Virus record (IMG/VR): IMGVR_UViG_2775507207_000001
Span: 1 to 64,000 of that record
Source of the DNA: a virus
Lineage: Duplodnaviria; Caudoviricetes
Length of the DNA: 64,000 nucleotides
Direction: 5' to 3' (one strand)
This document shows, one piece after another, positions 9,057 to 18,999 of this stretch; position 1 is the stretch's first letter, and each line of letters begins with the position of its first letter. Made by a program: the position numbers and the translations under genes. The notes beneath the pieces were generated by a model. It was not told where the DNA came from. It worked only from the letters and a program-made list of their open reading frames with translations, and did no database searches.

Positions 9057-11262
9057 TGTGATCAATCAGTTCGCGGACTATGGTCTCGAGCCCGCTCAAC
9101 CCTTGGTATTCGGCAAACTCACCCGCTGCAAAACCACCCAGGACAAAGGCAAAGAAAAAAACGGCTGGTACGTCATCCACGAACACCGCACTGAAAAAAA
9201 CGAGACGCTGATCTTCGGCAGCTTCGGTGACTGGCGTTCTGGCGACACCCTGAAGATCAAGGTTAAACCCGGACGTATGAGCCCCGAGGAGCGCGAGGTC
9301 ATGCGCGCTCGCCAGGAGGATGCCAAGCGTAAAGCTGCCGAGATCGCGGCCAACGCATCACGCCGAGCGGCCAACCGTGCTGCCGGTCTGTTCAAGCGAA
9401 TGCCCGAAAAGGGTAAGAGCGCTTATCTGGATCGAAAGCAGATCGTCGGCTTCAAGGTTCGCTATGCGCCACGTACTGGCGCATTTTTGGTGCCCATGTG
9501 CAACGTCCGTGACCAGATCGTCGGCCTGCAGGTGATCTTTCCAGCGAAGCATGAAGACACTGGGCGGGATAAGCAGTACTGGCCGCCCGGTATGTCAAAA
9601 GAGGGCGCTTTCCACCTGATCGGCCCCCACCCAGAGCCAGGCGAACCGGTGCTGGTGTGTGAGGGCTACGCCACGGGCGCAAGCTTGCACATGGCGACGT
9701 CGCTCACTGTTGCTATCGCCTTCGACGCGGGCAACCTGCTGCCTGTCTCCAAGGCCATGCGCGAGCGCTTCCCTGGCTGTCCACTTATCATCTGCCGGGA
9801 CGACGACTGGAAAACCAAGCGTCCCAATGGTGGCCCCTGGAACCCCGGCGAAGAGAAAGCCAACAACGCCGCGCTGGTTGTCGGTGGTCAAGTCGTCTCC
9901 CCGGTGTTCTCCGGCGAGCGCGAGATCAAGTGGACCGACTTCAACGACTTGCACGTCGCCGAGGGGTTGGAGGCCGTCCGCCGCCAGGTGCTTGCGGTGG
10001 TCAAGCCTCCTGCAGCGGGTGGCTGGAAGGATCAACTGGCCCGCACCGAAAATGGCTCCCTGATCGCGCACATGCAAAACGTCGAGCTGATCCTGGGCAA
10101 TGACGAACGCTGGGCCGGTGTCATCGGCTACAGCGTGTTCAGCTCCAAGATCGTCAAGCTGCGGTCTGCGCCCTTCGGCGGCGGTGCCGGCGACTGGGCT
10201 GACATTGACGACATGCGAGTGATGAAGTGGCTCGCGCAGCAATACAACCTGCGGGTCAAAGCCTCCCATGTGATCGAGGCGGTCAGTGTGGTTGCCCACG
10301 ACCATGCCTTCCACCCGGTGCGTGAGTACTTGGAGAAGCTGGAATGGGATCGCGTGCCACGCATTGAAACCTGGCTGACCGACGTGCTGGGCGTTCAGGC
10401 CAGCGAGTACTCGGCAAAGGTCGGCAAGCGCTGGCTAATCTCGGCTGTGGCTCGGGTTATGCGCCCAGGCTGCAAGGCCGATTCTGTGATGATCCTCGAA
10501 GGCGGGCAGGGCGCCGGTAAGTCCACGGCCATGGGCGTCCTCGGCGGCGAGTGGTTCATGGACACGCCCTTTGCCCTCGGTGATAAGGACAGCTTCCAGG
10601 CGATTCGCGGCAAATGGATCGTCGAGTTGGGCGAGCTGGACAGCTTCAACAAGGCGGAAAGCACCAAGGCCAAACAGTTCTTCTCTGCTTCCACCGATAC
10701 CTACCGAGAGAGCTACGGCCGCAGAACGAATGACGTGCCACGCCAGTGTGTTTTCGTGGGCACCACCAACCAAGAGGAGTACCTCAAGGACGCCACGGGC
10801 AACCGCCGCTACTGGCCGGTGTTCTGCAACAAGGTCGATCTGGAGCAACTGCGCGAGATCCGCGATCAGCTGTGGGCTGAGGCGCTGTTCTGCTTTGAAG
10901 CGGGCGATATCTGGTGGGTGAATAAGGACGAGTCCAAGATGTTCGCCGAGGCTCAAGACGAGCGTTTCGTGGTGGATGAATGGGAGGGGCCAATCCTGGC
11001 CTGGATGGAAGAGTCGCAGATCGGCGAAACCGCCACCGGCAATGAGATTCTGACCCAGGCGCTGAAACTGGACTTCGGCCATTGGGGTAAACCCGAACAG
11101 ATGCGGGTCGGGGCGATCATGCACCGGCTGGGCTGGCGCAAGCGGCGTATGCCTGCTCTGCCAAAAAGCGGTGTGCGGCCATGGGCCTATGAAAAGCCTG
11201 CGGGTTGGGGGCGTGTGTCTGCGTTGCAGCAGGCGGTGATCGAGGAGCCTTGCTTTGATTAA
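9046..11262 (+). CDS. Toprim primase fused to VapE-type helicase (replication protein)
   Basis: Toprim CEGYATG...DAGNL...DDD...DFND; Walker A GGQGAGKST; ELGELD; GTTN; GNRRYWP. Confidence 0.9.
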   Translation: MLDDVINQFADYGLEPAQPLVFGKLTRCKTTQDKGKEKNGWYVIHEHRTEKNETLIFGSFGDWRSGDTLKIKVKPGRMSPEEREVMRARQEDAKRKAAEIAANASRRAANRAAGLFKRMPEKGKSAYLDRKQIVGFKVRYAPRTGAFLVPMCNVRDQIVGLQVIFPAKHEDTGRDKQYWPPGMSKEGAFHLIGPHPEPGEPVLVCEGYATGASLHMATSLTVAIAFDAGNLLPVSKAMRERFPGCPLIICRDDDWKTKRPNGGPWNPGEEKANNAALVVGGQVVSPVFSGEREIKWTDFNDLHVAEGLEAVRRQVLAVVKPPAAGGWKDQLARTENGSLIAHMQNVELILGNDERWAGVIGYSVFSSKIVKLRSAPFGGGAGDWADIDDMRVMKWLAQQYNLRVKASHVIEAVSVVAHDHAFHPVREYLEKLEWDRVPRIETWLTDVLGVQASEYSAKVGKRWLISAVARVMRPGCKADSVMILEGGQGAGKSTAMGVLGGEWFMDTPFALGDKDSFQAIRGKWIVELGELDSFNKAESTKAKQFFSASTDTYRESYGRRTNDVPRQCVFVGTTNQEEYLKDATGNRRYWPVFCNKVDLEQLREIRDQLWAEALFCFEAGDIWWVNKDESKMFAEAQDERFVVDEWEGPILAWMEESQIGETATGNEILTQALKLDFGHWGKPEQMRVGAIMHRLGWRKRRMPALPKSGVRPWAYEKPAGWGRVSALQQAVIEEPCFD

Positions 11263-11620
11263 GCGAATCGATGAGATGCTCAAACTGTGGGCGCAGGATC
11301 TGCATTCGCCTGTGCCAGACGGTGCTGGCGGGCCGAGTGGCGGCAACATGATCGCCATGCTGATGGAGTGCAAAGGGGAGTTGATACGCGGCACGCGTGG
11401 AAGTCGGGTGCTGCTGGATGAATCGGCCGACATTGAGCTGATCGTCAACAAGCACTTGCCGCCGCAGCTGTCGCTTGTCGTACGCGAGCACTACTGCAAC
11501 CACGAAAGCTTCCTGTCGCAGAAGTACACCCACTGCGGATGCAGCCGGGATACCTATTACCAGCGGCTCCATGAGGCACACCTGCACATCGCCGGCATGC
11601 TGATGGGGAAGGCTGCATGA
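11255..11620 (+). CDS. Putative late-gene regulator (Q-like antiterminator)
   Basis: IDEMLKLWA N-terminus, C-terminal HTH-like SRDTYYQRLHEAH; sits between replication and lysis/packaging genes. Confidence 0.55.
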   Translation: MIKRIDEMLKLWAQDLHSPVPDGAGGPSGGNMIAMLMECKGELIRGTRGSRVLLDESADIELIVNKHLPPQLSLVVREHYCNHESFLSQKYTHCGCSRDTYYQRLHEAHLHIAGMLMGKAA

Positions 11621-11644
11621 TCCTCGGCATCACTCCGCGTGCCT

Positions 11645-11925
11645 CTGTCCTACTGTCCTGCTTTGTCCGACTGCCATTTGGCGCAGTCGGACAGGCGCAG
11701 GCCGCGCCGTTGCTGGGCTGTCCTACTGTCCAACCTTTACCCACCCCACGCACACATGAGCATAGCGGGCACGTAGTCGCGCCCATGGCGCGCACGCGTG
11801 CTTTTAGCTTTCTCTCTATACACAAGAGAAAAGTAATAAAGGTAGGACAGTAGGGCAGAGCCCTGTATTTAGGCGTCTGTAGCTGTCCTACTCCGATCTA
11901 GAATAGTGGGACAAGTAAGACAGGG
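11645..11925. repeat. Putative replication origin: TGTCCTAC-type octamer iterons in both orientations around an AT-rich core
   Basis: About 11 copies (11646, 11654, 11664, 11686 inv, 11719, 11727, 11842 inv, 11850 inv, 11884, 11906 inv, 11915 inv); AT-rich 11800-11840. Confidence 0.7.
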
Positions 11926-12102
11926 CACCAGAAGCGATAGCCGATAGAATGCGTTGTCCCTGCGTCGCACCTGCGTCATACCTGTATCGCACCCATATTG
12001 CGCCATGGCATTAAAACTCCCTTGCTGCCACCGGAATCCACCTGTAAAAAGTACCCATCTTCGATAGGTGCGACCGCAAGCAGCGGGACACACCACCACA
12101 CT

Positions 12103-12128
12103 GAACCCGGCCATTGCGCCGGGTTTTT
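12103..12128 (+). terminator. Intrinsic terminator ahead of late genes
   Basis: AACCCGGC-cattgc-GCCGGGTT followed by a T run. Confidence 0.7.
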
Positions 12129-12158
12129 GCGTTTATGGAGGGGGCAGAAGTGATTTTT

Positions 12159-12521
12159 TCAGTTCTCGGAGGGTTCGGCTTTTTCGGCTCTTTCCTTGAG
12201 CACGGTCGCTCGCCAAATTGCTGCGAACAGAGTTCCGGCGCCAAGGAATACGAAGAAATTCATGAAATACACAAAGAGTTCGATCACTTCAATTCTGCTC
12301 ACTGGCCCATTCGACGTTGCAAAGGTTGCAAAACCATATGCACTTCTAGCCATTACGAATGCCACCATGACCAATACGGCTACTTTGGCGCCGAATGACC
12401 GAATCTTCCGTATCTGCATTGCCGCACTCTGTCTGCTCTCGGGGCTGGCGAACAGCCAGGCAACGATACCGCCTGAGATTACAGACGCGATTACTGTTTG
12501 AACGAAAAGCGATGTATCCAC
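12159..12521 (-). CDS. Moron-like 3-TM membrane protein
   Basis: AAGGAG RBS then GTG at 12521; three hydrophobic segments; antisense to late operon. Confidence 0.7.
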   Translation of the reverse strand: MDTSLFVQTVIASVISGGIVAWLFASPESRQSAAMQIRKIRSFGAKVAVLVMVAFVMARSAYGFATFATSNGPVSRIEVIELFVYFMNFFVFLGAGTLFAAIWRATVLKERAEKAEPSEN

Positions 12522-12613
12522 CTGATTCTCCTTGAATCGTAGTTGGGGCGAATGAGCAGACCTTATCAAAGAACCCGGTTTGAAAGCCGGCTTCTGCATT
12601 TCTGGAGTTGTGT

Positions 12614-12958
12614 ATGACGAACGAGCAGCAAGCGCTTATTGATATGCCGATCTGGATGGTGATCGTGCTGTCCCTGGTCGGCGGCATATCCGGCGAAGCA
12701 TGGCGGGCCGACAAAGCGGGGGTAAGTGGCTGGTCCTTGATTCGCCGCTTGCTCCTTCGATCCGGGGCCTGCGTGGTTTGCGGGCTTTCCACCATGATGT
12801 TGCTGCACGCTTCGGGCATGTCGGTCCTGGCGGCAGGGAGCATCGGATGCCTCACCGCGATGGCCGGCGCCGATGTTGCCATCGGGCTGTATGAACGCTG
12901 GGCCGCCAAGCGGTTGGGCGTGTGCGATGTGCCGCCCTCGGGCAGCGGTCAGGCGTGA
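12614..12958 (+). CDS. Phage holin
   Basis: Multi-TM protein closely similar to the tailocin holin at 45500. Confidence 0.88.
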   Translation: MTNEQQALIDMPIWMVIVLSLVGGISGEAWRADKAGVSGWSLIRRLLLRSGACVVCGLSTMMLLHASGMSVLAAGSIGCLTAMAGADVAIGLYERWAAKRLGVCDVPPSGSGQA

Positions 12959-13019
12959 TGCTCTGGAGGCCACGGAATACGTGGCTTGTGGCGGTGCGCG
13001 TCAAAATGGTGCGCCGAAA

Positions 13020-13100
13020 GTCGCCGGGGACCCTGGCGGCATTCGAGGGACACGGGGCATGAAACCCGCGGGAAAGCGTTAGCGGCAGGGCTGCCAGCTT
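13020..13100. other. Possible cos/packaging site region
   Basis: GC-rich non-coding stretch directly upstream of terS in a lambda-GpA-type packaging module; positional inference only. Confidence 0.35.
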
Positions 13101-13163
13101 ACTGAAATTCAATCCACTGAAATTGAAAGGTTTCCATTGAAAAGCCGTTGAAAAGGAGGGCTT

Positions 13164-13769
13164 ATGACGGATCCACTGTTCCTGTCTAAAAGCGCCTTCG
13201 CGGTTCGCATCGGCAGGACGCCGAGCTACATCACTTGGCTGAAAGACAACAACCGCCTGGTGCTGTCGCCGGATGGCAAGAAGGTCGACGTGCTGGCAAC
13301 AGAAGCGCTGATCCTCGAAACCGCCGACCCCAGCAAGGCTGCCGTCGCGGCTCGGCACCAACAAGACCGGCTCCAGCGTGATGTTTACAGCCAACTGTCC
13401 CCCATGGTCGAGCCGACTAACACGGCTGCGCCGCCGCAGCCTGCTGGCGCGAAGAGCGGGCAACCCGACTTCCAGAAGGCCCGCGCACACCGCGAGTACT
13501 ACCTGGCCCAGCTGGCCGAAGCCGAGTTTCACAAGGTGCAGGGCTCGCTGGTGGATATGAAGGCGGTCACCACCGGGGCCTACAACGCCGGACGCATGCT
13601 GCGCGATCAGTTGCTCAGCATGCCCCCGCAATTGGCCCCAGAACTGGCGGCGATGTCCGACCCTTGGGAGATTGAGCAGCACCTGACCAAGGCGCTGCGG
13701 CAGTCCCTGGAAGAGGCCGAGCGCATGTCTTCGGCTGACCTTGAACGCGATCTGATCACTACGAGTTAA
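13164..13769 (+). CDS. Terminase small subunit
   Basis: N-terminal wHTH (SKSAFAVRIGRTPSYIT), Nu1-like C-terminus; precedes terL. Confidence 0.88.
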   Translation: MTDPLFLSKSAFAVRIGRTPSYITWLKDNNRLVLSPDGKKVDVLATEALILETADPSKAAVAARHQQDRLQRDVYSQLSPMVEPTNTAAPPQPAGAKSGQPDFQKARAHREYYLAQLAEAEFHKVQGSLVDMKAVTTGAYNAGRMLRDQLLSMPPQLAPELAAMSDPWEIEQHLTKALRQSLEEAERMSSADLERDLITTS

Positions 13770-13772
13770 CCC

Positions 13773-15773
13773 ATGCAGACGGAAAAACCTGACGGCGCTG
13801 AGGTGTACCGTGAGGCGTATTTCCGTGGGCTGCGTCCAGACCCCAGCCTCTGGGTGGACGAGTGGGCCGACGAGTACATGCGCATCCCGCGTGATACCGG
13901 CGCCGCCGAGCCAGGGAAATATCGCACCGTGCGAACGCCCTACGCACGCGAGCCAATGCGTTGCCTGTCACCGGCTCACCCGTGCAAGCGCGTGGTCACC
14001 ATGGTTGCCTCGCAACTGATGAAAACCCAGATCGCATTGAACTGGATCGGCGCGTTGATTCACATGGTGCCGTCGAACATCCTCACGCTGCTGCCCAGCC
14101 TGGGTCTGGCAAAGCGGGTGTCGTCTCGGATAGGCAAGACCATCAAGGCCACCCCGGTGCTGCGCGAACGTGTGGCGGCGAGCCGCTCGCGGGACTCGCG
14201 CAATACCATGGACACCAAGGAGTTCGAGGGAGGCTCGCTGTACGTCACCACTGCCGGCTCTGCGGCCAACTTGGCCGAGTTGTCGGCGCGCTATGTGTAC
14301 GGCGATGAGATCGACCGTTGGGAGGTCGACGTAGGCGAAGAGGGCGATCCCATCGAACTGGCGGAAACGCGGGGCAGTACCTTCGGCCGCAATGCCAAGT
14401 TCTACTTCTCCAGTTCGCCGACCATCAAGGGCGCCTCGCGCATCGACGATCTGTTCGAGGGTAGCGACCAGCGTTACTACTACGTGCCGTGCCCCACCTG
14501 CGGGCACATGCAAACCTTGGAGTGGGAGCGGCTGCATTATTCCCAGGACTTCAGCGTGGTGCATTACGAGTGCGCCGGGCCTGACTGCGATGTGCTGATC
14601 GAGGAACACCACAAGGGAGACATGCTCGCCCGAGGCGAGTGGCGTGCCCATGCCAAGGGCGATGGCGAGACGGTCGGCTTCCACCTCAACGCGCTGTATT
14701 CACCGCTGGGATGGACGGGCTGGAAGTCGCTGGCGAAGCAATTCGAGAAGGCGAAAAAGGCCCAGGCCAAAGGCGACCTTGAACCCATGCAGGTGTTCTA
14801 CAACACCCGCCTGGCTAAGGTGTGGGACAGCGCGCAAGAGCAGACCAAGGCATCGGTACTGATCGAGCGTGCACGCCGGGAAGGGTTCTCCCTCGGTGCG
14901 ATGCCCGCCGCCGTGATGATGATCACGGGCGCCGTCGACGTACAGGCCGACCGTCTGGAGTTCATGGCAATGGGCTGGGGTGTCGGCATGGAGCGCTGGG
15001 TCATCGACCACAGGGTGATCGCGGGCGACCCTTCGGACGAGCGCACCTGGGCGGTACTGGATGAACTGCTGAAAGAGCGGTACCGGCATCCGTGTGGCGT
15101 CGGCCTGGGCATTCTCGCGGTCGCCGTCGACTCCGGCGGCCACCACACCGACGAGGTCTACCAGTTCTGCCGCGTGCGGCGCTGGCGCAACATCTTCGCC
15201 ATCAAGGGCGCGAGCAAGCCCGGTAAGCCGGTGATCGCTCAACGGCCGTCCATGGTTGATGTGACCTGGAAGGGCCAGACCGAACGAGGCGGCGCCGAGC
15301 TGTGGTTTGTCGGTACCGACACCGCAAAGGACTGGATATACAACCGTTACCCGTTCGAGTCCGGCCCAGGTGCGCTGCACTTTGCCAACGACCTGCCGGA
15401 CGAGTTCTTTGCCCAGTGCGTGGCCGAGCGCAAGGTCGCCAAGTACGTGCGGGGCCACAAGCGTATCGAGTGGATCAAGGGCAAGGCCGAGCGAAACGAA
15501 GCCCTCGACCTGATGGTGTATTGCCTGGCGATGGCGCATTACCTCGGCATCAACCGGTATCAGGAACACGACTGGGATCGGGTACGGAACTCGCTGGCAC
15601 AGGCCGGTTTATTCGATGAAAAGGTGGTCGCTGCTGAGCGTGTAACGGTTGCCCCACAGGCTACCGCGACACCGCAAGTGGCGCCGCAACCCGTTGCCCC
15701 GGTCGCCCAACCGCGACCCGCTGCACCCCCACAACGCCGCAGTTCCACCAGCGGTTACCTGAAGAGACGCTGA
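13773..15773 (+). CDS. Terminase large subunit (lambda GpA family)
   Basis: ASQLMKT Walker A, DEIDRW, SSPT, CPTCG, VDVQ, DSGG, NEALD. Confidence 0.95.
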   Translation: MQTEKPDGAEVYREAYFRGLRPDPSLWVDEWADEYMRIPRDTGAAEPGKYRTVRTPYAREPMRCLSPAHPCKRVVTMVASQLMKTQIALNWIGALIHMVPSNILTLLPSLGLAKRVSSRIGKTIKATPVLRERVAASRSRDSRNTMDTKEFEGGSLYVTTAGSAANLAELSARYVYGDEIDRWEVDVGEEGDPIELAETRGSTFGRNAKFYFSSSPTIKGASRIDDLFEGSDQRYYYVPCPTCGHMQTLEWERLHYSQDFSVVHYECAGPDCDVLIEEHHKGDMLARGEWRAHAKGDGETVGFHLNALYSPLGWTGWKSLAKQFEKAKKAQAKGDLEPMQVFYNTRLAKVWDSAQEQTKASVLIERARREGFSLGAMPAAVMMITGAVDVQADRLEFMAMGWGVGMERWVIDHRVIAGDPSDERTWAVLDELLKERYRHPCGVGLGILAVAVDSGGHHTDEVYQFCRVRRWRNIFAIKGASKPGKPVIAQRPSMVDVTWKGQTERGGAELWFVGTDTAKDWIYNRYPFESGPGALHFANDLPDEFFAQCVAERKVAKYVRGHKRIEWIKGKAERNEALDLMVYCLAMAHYLGINRYQEHDWDRVRNSLAQAGLFDEKVVAAERVTVAPQATATPQVAPQPVAPVAQPRPAAPPQRRSSTSGYLKRR

Positions 15774-15774
15774 T

Positions 15775-15981
15775 ATGTCGTTTACCCCGAAGCACCTCGA
15801 AGCCATCGAGCGCGCCATTGCACGCGGTGAAAAGACCGTGCGCTACAGCGACCGCACGGTGGAATACCGTTCCATCGACGAACTGCTCAAGGCTCGTGAC
15901 GAGATCCGTACGTCGCTGAGTCAAGCCGCCGGGCCGCGATCTCGCGTCGTTCGGCTCATGCATGGAGGCAAAGGACTATAA
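15775..15981 (+). CDS. gpW-like head-tail joining protein
   Basis: 68 aa between terL and portal; RTVEYRS motif. Confidence 0.8.
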   Translation: MSFTPKHLEAIERAIARGEKTVRYSDRTVEYRSIDELLKARDEIRTSLSQAAGPRSRVVRLMHGGKGL

Positions 15982-17462
15982 TGGCACGACACTATCCGAC
16001 GCTGACCCGTAATGGATTCTTGCTGCCGTCGAACATCAAGGCCAGTTACGAAGGCGCGGGTGAGGGCCGACGCTCGGCCAGTTGGGAAGCCACCGACAAC
16101 GGCATCAACAGCATCAACACCCCGGCCCTGCGTAACCTGCGGGCGCGTTCACGGGCGGCGGTGCGCAATGATCCGTACGCCTTCAATGTCATCGACAAGC
16201 GCGTCAGCAACCTGATCGGCACCGGCATCACCCCCAGGCCGACCACGGATGACGCGGAACTGCGCAAACTCCAGCAGCAATTGTGGGACGACTGGGTTGA
16301 TGAAGCGGACGCCGATGAACTGACCGACTTCTACGGCATGCAGGCCCTGGTGGCGCGCACGGTTGAAACGGCCGGTGAGTGCTTTGTGCGGTTGCGGCCG
16401 CGCAGCCTCAGTGAGGGGTTAGCGGTGCCGCTACAACTGCAGGCGCTGGCACCTGAGTTTGTCCCACATGACAAGTTCGAGACGGCCAAAAACGGCAACG
16501 GCATCCGCGCCGGGATCGAGTTCAATCCGGCCGGCAAGCGTGTGGCGTACTGGATGTACTTGTCGCACCCACGCGATTCGTCGTCGTTAAACGTCGGTTA
16601 CAACCAGCTGGTGCGGGTGCCTGCGACGCAGGTGCTGCATATCTTCGAGCCGATGGAGCCAGGGCAACTGCGCGGTGTACCACGCTTGGCCCCGGTGTTG
16701 AAACGCTTGCGAAGTCTGGACAACTACGACGACGCAGTGCTATTCCGCCAGGAGGTGGCGAACCTGTTTGCCGGCTTCATCAAGCGTCCTGCACCTGAGG
16801 CCGGGCCGCAGGCGCGCAACCCGATGACCGGGGAGCTGCTGGTCACCGACCGCGACGGCTTCACGCCCATGGTCGCCCTGGAACCCGGCACCATGCAGGA
16901 GCTGGGGCCAGGTGAAGAGGTGGAGTTCTCCAAACCGCCGGACGCCGGCAACAACTACCCGGACTTCATGCGGCAGCAGCTGATGGCAGCGGCGGCGGGT
17001 TCGGGCACGCCGTACGAGATCCTCACCGGCGACATGCGCGAGGTCAACGACCGGGCGTTGCGGGTCGTGCTCAACGAGTTCAGGCGGCGCCTGGAGCAGC
17101 TGCAATTCGGCGTGTATGTGCATCAACTGTGTCGCCCGGTGCGTGCCGCCTGGATGGACATGGCGGTGCTGTCCGGTGCCCTGGTGCTGGAGGACTACGC
17201 CCAACGTCGGCGCGAATACCTGCGCACACGCTGGGTGCCACAAGGCTGGGCCTACATCCAGCCGGTGCAGGACGTGCAGGCGCGGCGGATGGAAGTGCAG
17301 GCGGGCTTCGGTTCGCGCAGCGAGATGTGTCTGCGCAACGGCTACGACGCGGAAACCATCGACGCGGAAAACGCGGCCGACCTCGCCAGGTCCACCGATC
17401 TGGGCCTCAACTACACCACGCTTGATGCCATCGAGCCGATTGATGACAAGGAACAACCATGA
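15981..17462 (+). CDS. Portal protein (lambda family)
   Basis: LRARSR, GECF, QLRGVP, YEILTGD motifs. Confidence 0.93.
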   Translation: MARHYPTLTRNGFLLPSNIKASYEGAGEGRRSASWEATDNGINSINTPALRNLRARSRAAVRNDPYAFNVIDKRVSNLIGTGITPRPTTDDAELRKLQQQLWDDWVDEADADELTDFYGMQALVARTVETAGECFVRLRPRSLSEGLAVPLQLQALAPEFVPHDKFETAKNGNGIRAGIEFNPAGKRVAYWMYLSHPRDSSSLNVGYNQLVRVPATQVLHIFEPMEPGQLRGVPRLAPVLKRLRSLDNYDDAVLFRQEVANLFAGFIKRPAPEAGPQARNPMTGELLVTDRDGFTPMVALEPGTMQELGPGEEVEFSKPPDAGNNYPDFMRQQLMAAAAGSGTPYEILTGDMREVNDRALRVVLNEFRRRLEQLQFGVYVHQLCRPVRAAWMDMAVLSGALVLEDYAQRRREYLRTRWVPQGWAYIQPVQDVQARRMEVQAGFGSRSEMCLRNGYDAETIDAENAADLARSTDLGLNYTTLDAIEPIDDKEQP

Positions 17463-18601
17463 GTAAAAAAGCGATCCCGCGCATTTATGACAAGGCTGGC
17501 AAGCAGGTAAAAGTCGCGGATAAAAGTTGGTACACATTCCAGGCCAGCGGTGAAGCTGAACAACAGACCATTGAGGTATTTGTATACGGTGAGATCGGCA
17601 CCTGGGGTGTCAGCGCTAACCAGTTTGTTCAGGACCTGCGGGCGATGGATGACGGCGTTTCCCCGGTCGTTGTGGCGTTCAACAGCATTGGCGGCGACCT
17701 ATTCGACGGCCTGGCTATTCACAACGCGCTGTCGCGCTTGGGCGAGCGCTGTACCGGGCGCATTGATGCGCTGGCGGCCAGCGCGGCCAGTGTTGCCGTG
17801 TGTGGCGCTCACCGGGTGGTGATCGCGGCCAATGCCATGTTGATGATCCACAACCCCTACACCTTTACCGGCGGTGATGCTGAGGACTTCCGGCGTGTCG
17901 CCGACGTGCTGGACCAGACACTGGAAGCGATTATTGCGGCCTACAAGTCCAAAGCGCCGGACATCGACGAGGCCGAGCTTCGGCGCATGGTTAACGCCGA
18001 AACCTGGCTGACGGCCAACGAAGCAGTCGCCTTGGGCTTGGCCGATGAAGTGGGCGACGGGCTGAAGGTGAAAGCCTGCCTCGGGCAGGGCAGCGTGTTG
18101 CAGCGCTTCCAGAACGCCCCGGCTGAATTGCTGGCTCAGTTGGACGAAGAGCCGGATGTCGAGCCGACTGATCCTGTAAATCCTGCGGATCCAGCACCCG
18201 TATTGGACGCTGCCGGATTGGCGTTGATGGTTACCAAGGGGTGTGCGGCGGCTGGCATCAGCAACCTGGTGGACCCGATACTCGCTTCGACAAAGCTGGA
18301 AAGCGAAGCGGTAGTCACTGCGGCGCTGACCAAGGCGAAAGCGCTGCACGGCCTGTGTGTCGCGGCACGATTGCCGGAACTGACCGGCGAATTTCTGGCT
18401 GCCGGTCTGGATGAAGCTGCTGTCAGGGCGCGCCTGTTCGACAAGCTGGTAAGCAGCGGTGGCGGTTTTGAAATCAACAACAGTCTGCCGCTCGACAATG
18501 ATCCGGCACCCACTATCAAGGCCAAACAGGTCGACAGTCATTCAATCTGGGCAAGCCGGCAGGCGGCGCAGAACGGAACCTCGAAAGGAGTAAGAGCATG
18601 A
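17459..18601 (+). CDS. ClpP-type head maturation protease with scaffold extension
   Basis: NSIGGDLFDG, AASAAS, MIHNP, ETWLTANEA. Confidence 0.92.
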   Translation: MSKKAIPRIYDKAGKQVKVADKSWYTFQASGEAEQQTIEVFVYGEIGTWGVSANQFVQDLRAMDDGVSPVVVAFNSIGGDLFDGLAIHNALSRLGERCTGRIDALAASAASVAVCGAHRVVIAANAMLMIHNPYTFTGGDAEDFRRVADVLDQTLEAIIAAYKSKAPDIDEAELRRMVNAETWLTANEAVALGLADEVGDGLKVKACLGQGSVLQRFQNAPAELLAQLDEEPDVEPTDPVNPADPAPVLDAAGLALMVTKGCAAAGISNLVDPILASTKLESEAVVTAALTKAKALHGLCVAARLPELTGEFLAAGLDEAAVRARLFDKLVSSGGGFEINNSLPLDNDPAPTIKAKQVDSHSIWASRQAAQNGTSKGVRA

Positions 18602-18936
18602 AAACTGAATCGATGCACGCGGGCGAGTTCCTACTGTCCGAAGGCGCTGGCAACATTTCCCGCGAAGCGATCAACGTAGCGGCAGGGCCTGCCCTGGAAC
18701 CGGGCCAGATCCTCGGCCTGGTCACAGCCAGCGGTGAGTTTGCGCCTTATAAAGCGACAGCTGAGGACGGCACCGAAAACGCCGTGGCGATCCTCTACGG
18801 GCCTTTAAGCGAATCCGATGTTGTCCGGCGCGGTCGTGCCATCGTGCGGCTGGCTGAGGTCAGCGAGGCGCATTTGACCGGCCTTGATCCTGCCGCCGAG
18901 AAAGCCCTGAACAACCAGCACGTGATCGTGCGCTAA
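18598..18936 (+). CDS. Head decoration protein
   Basis: EFLLSE...SRE...GQILG...DGTENAVAIL; between protease and capsid genes. Confidence 0.85.
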   Translation: MKTESMHAGEFLLSEGAGNISREAINVAAGPALEPGQILGLVTASGEFAPYKATAEDGTENAVAILYGPLSESDVVRRGRAIVRLAEVSEAHLTGLDPAAEKALNNQHVIVR

Positions 18937-18999
18937 GACGCTTATCCCATTTATCCATCCCGCCGAGTGCGGGATTTTTCGTTTCTGGAGTGTACCCCC

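Noticed and set aside
11617-11853. 78-aa ORF after the Q-like gene
   Set aside because: Overlaps the iteron array and has no protein-like features.
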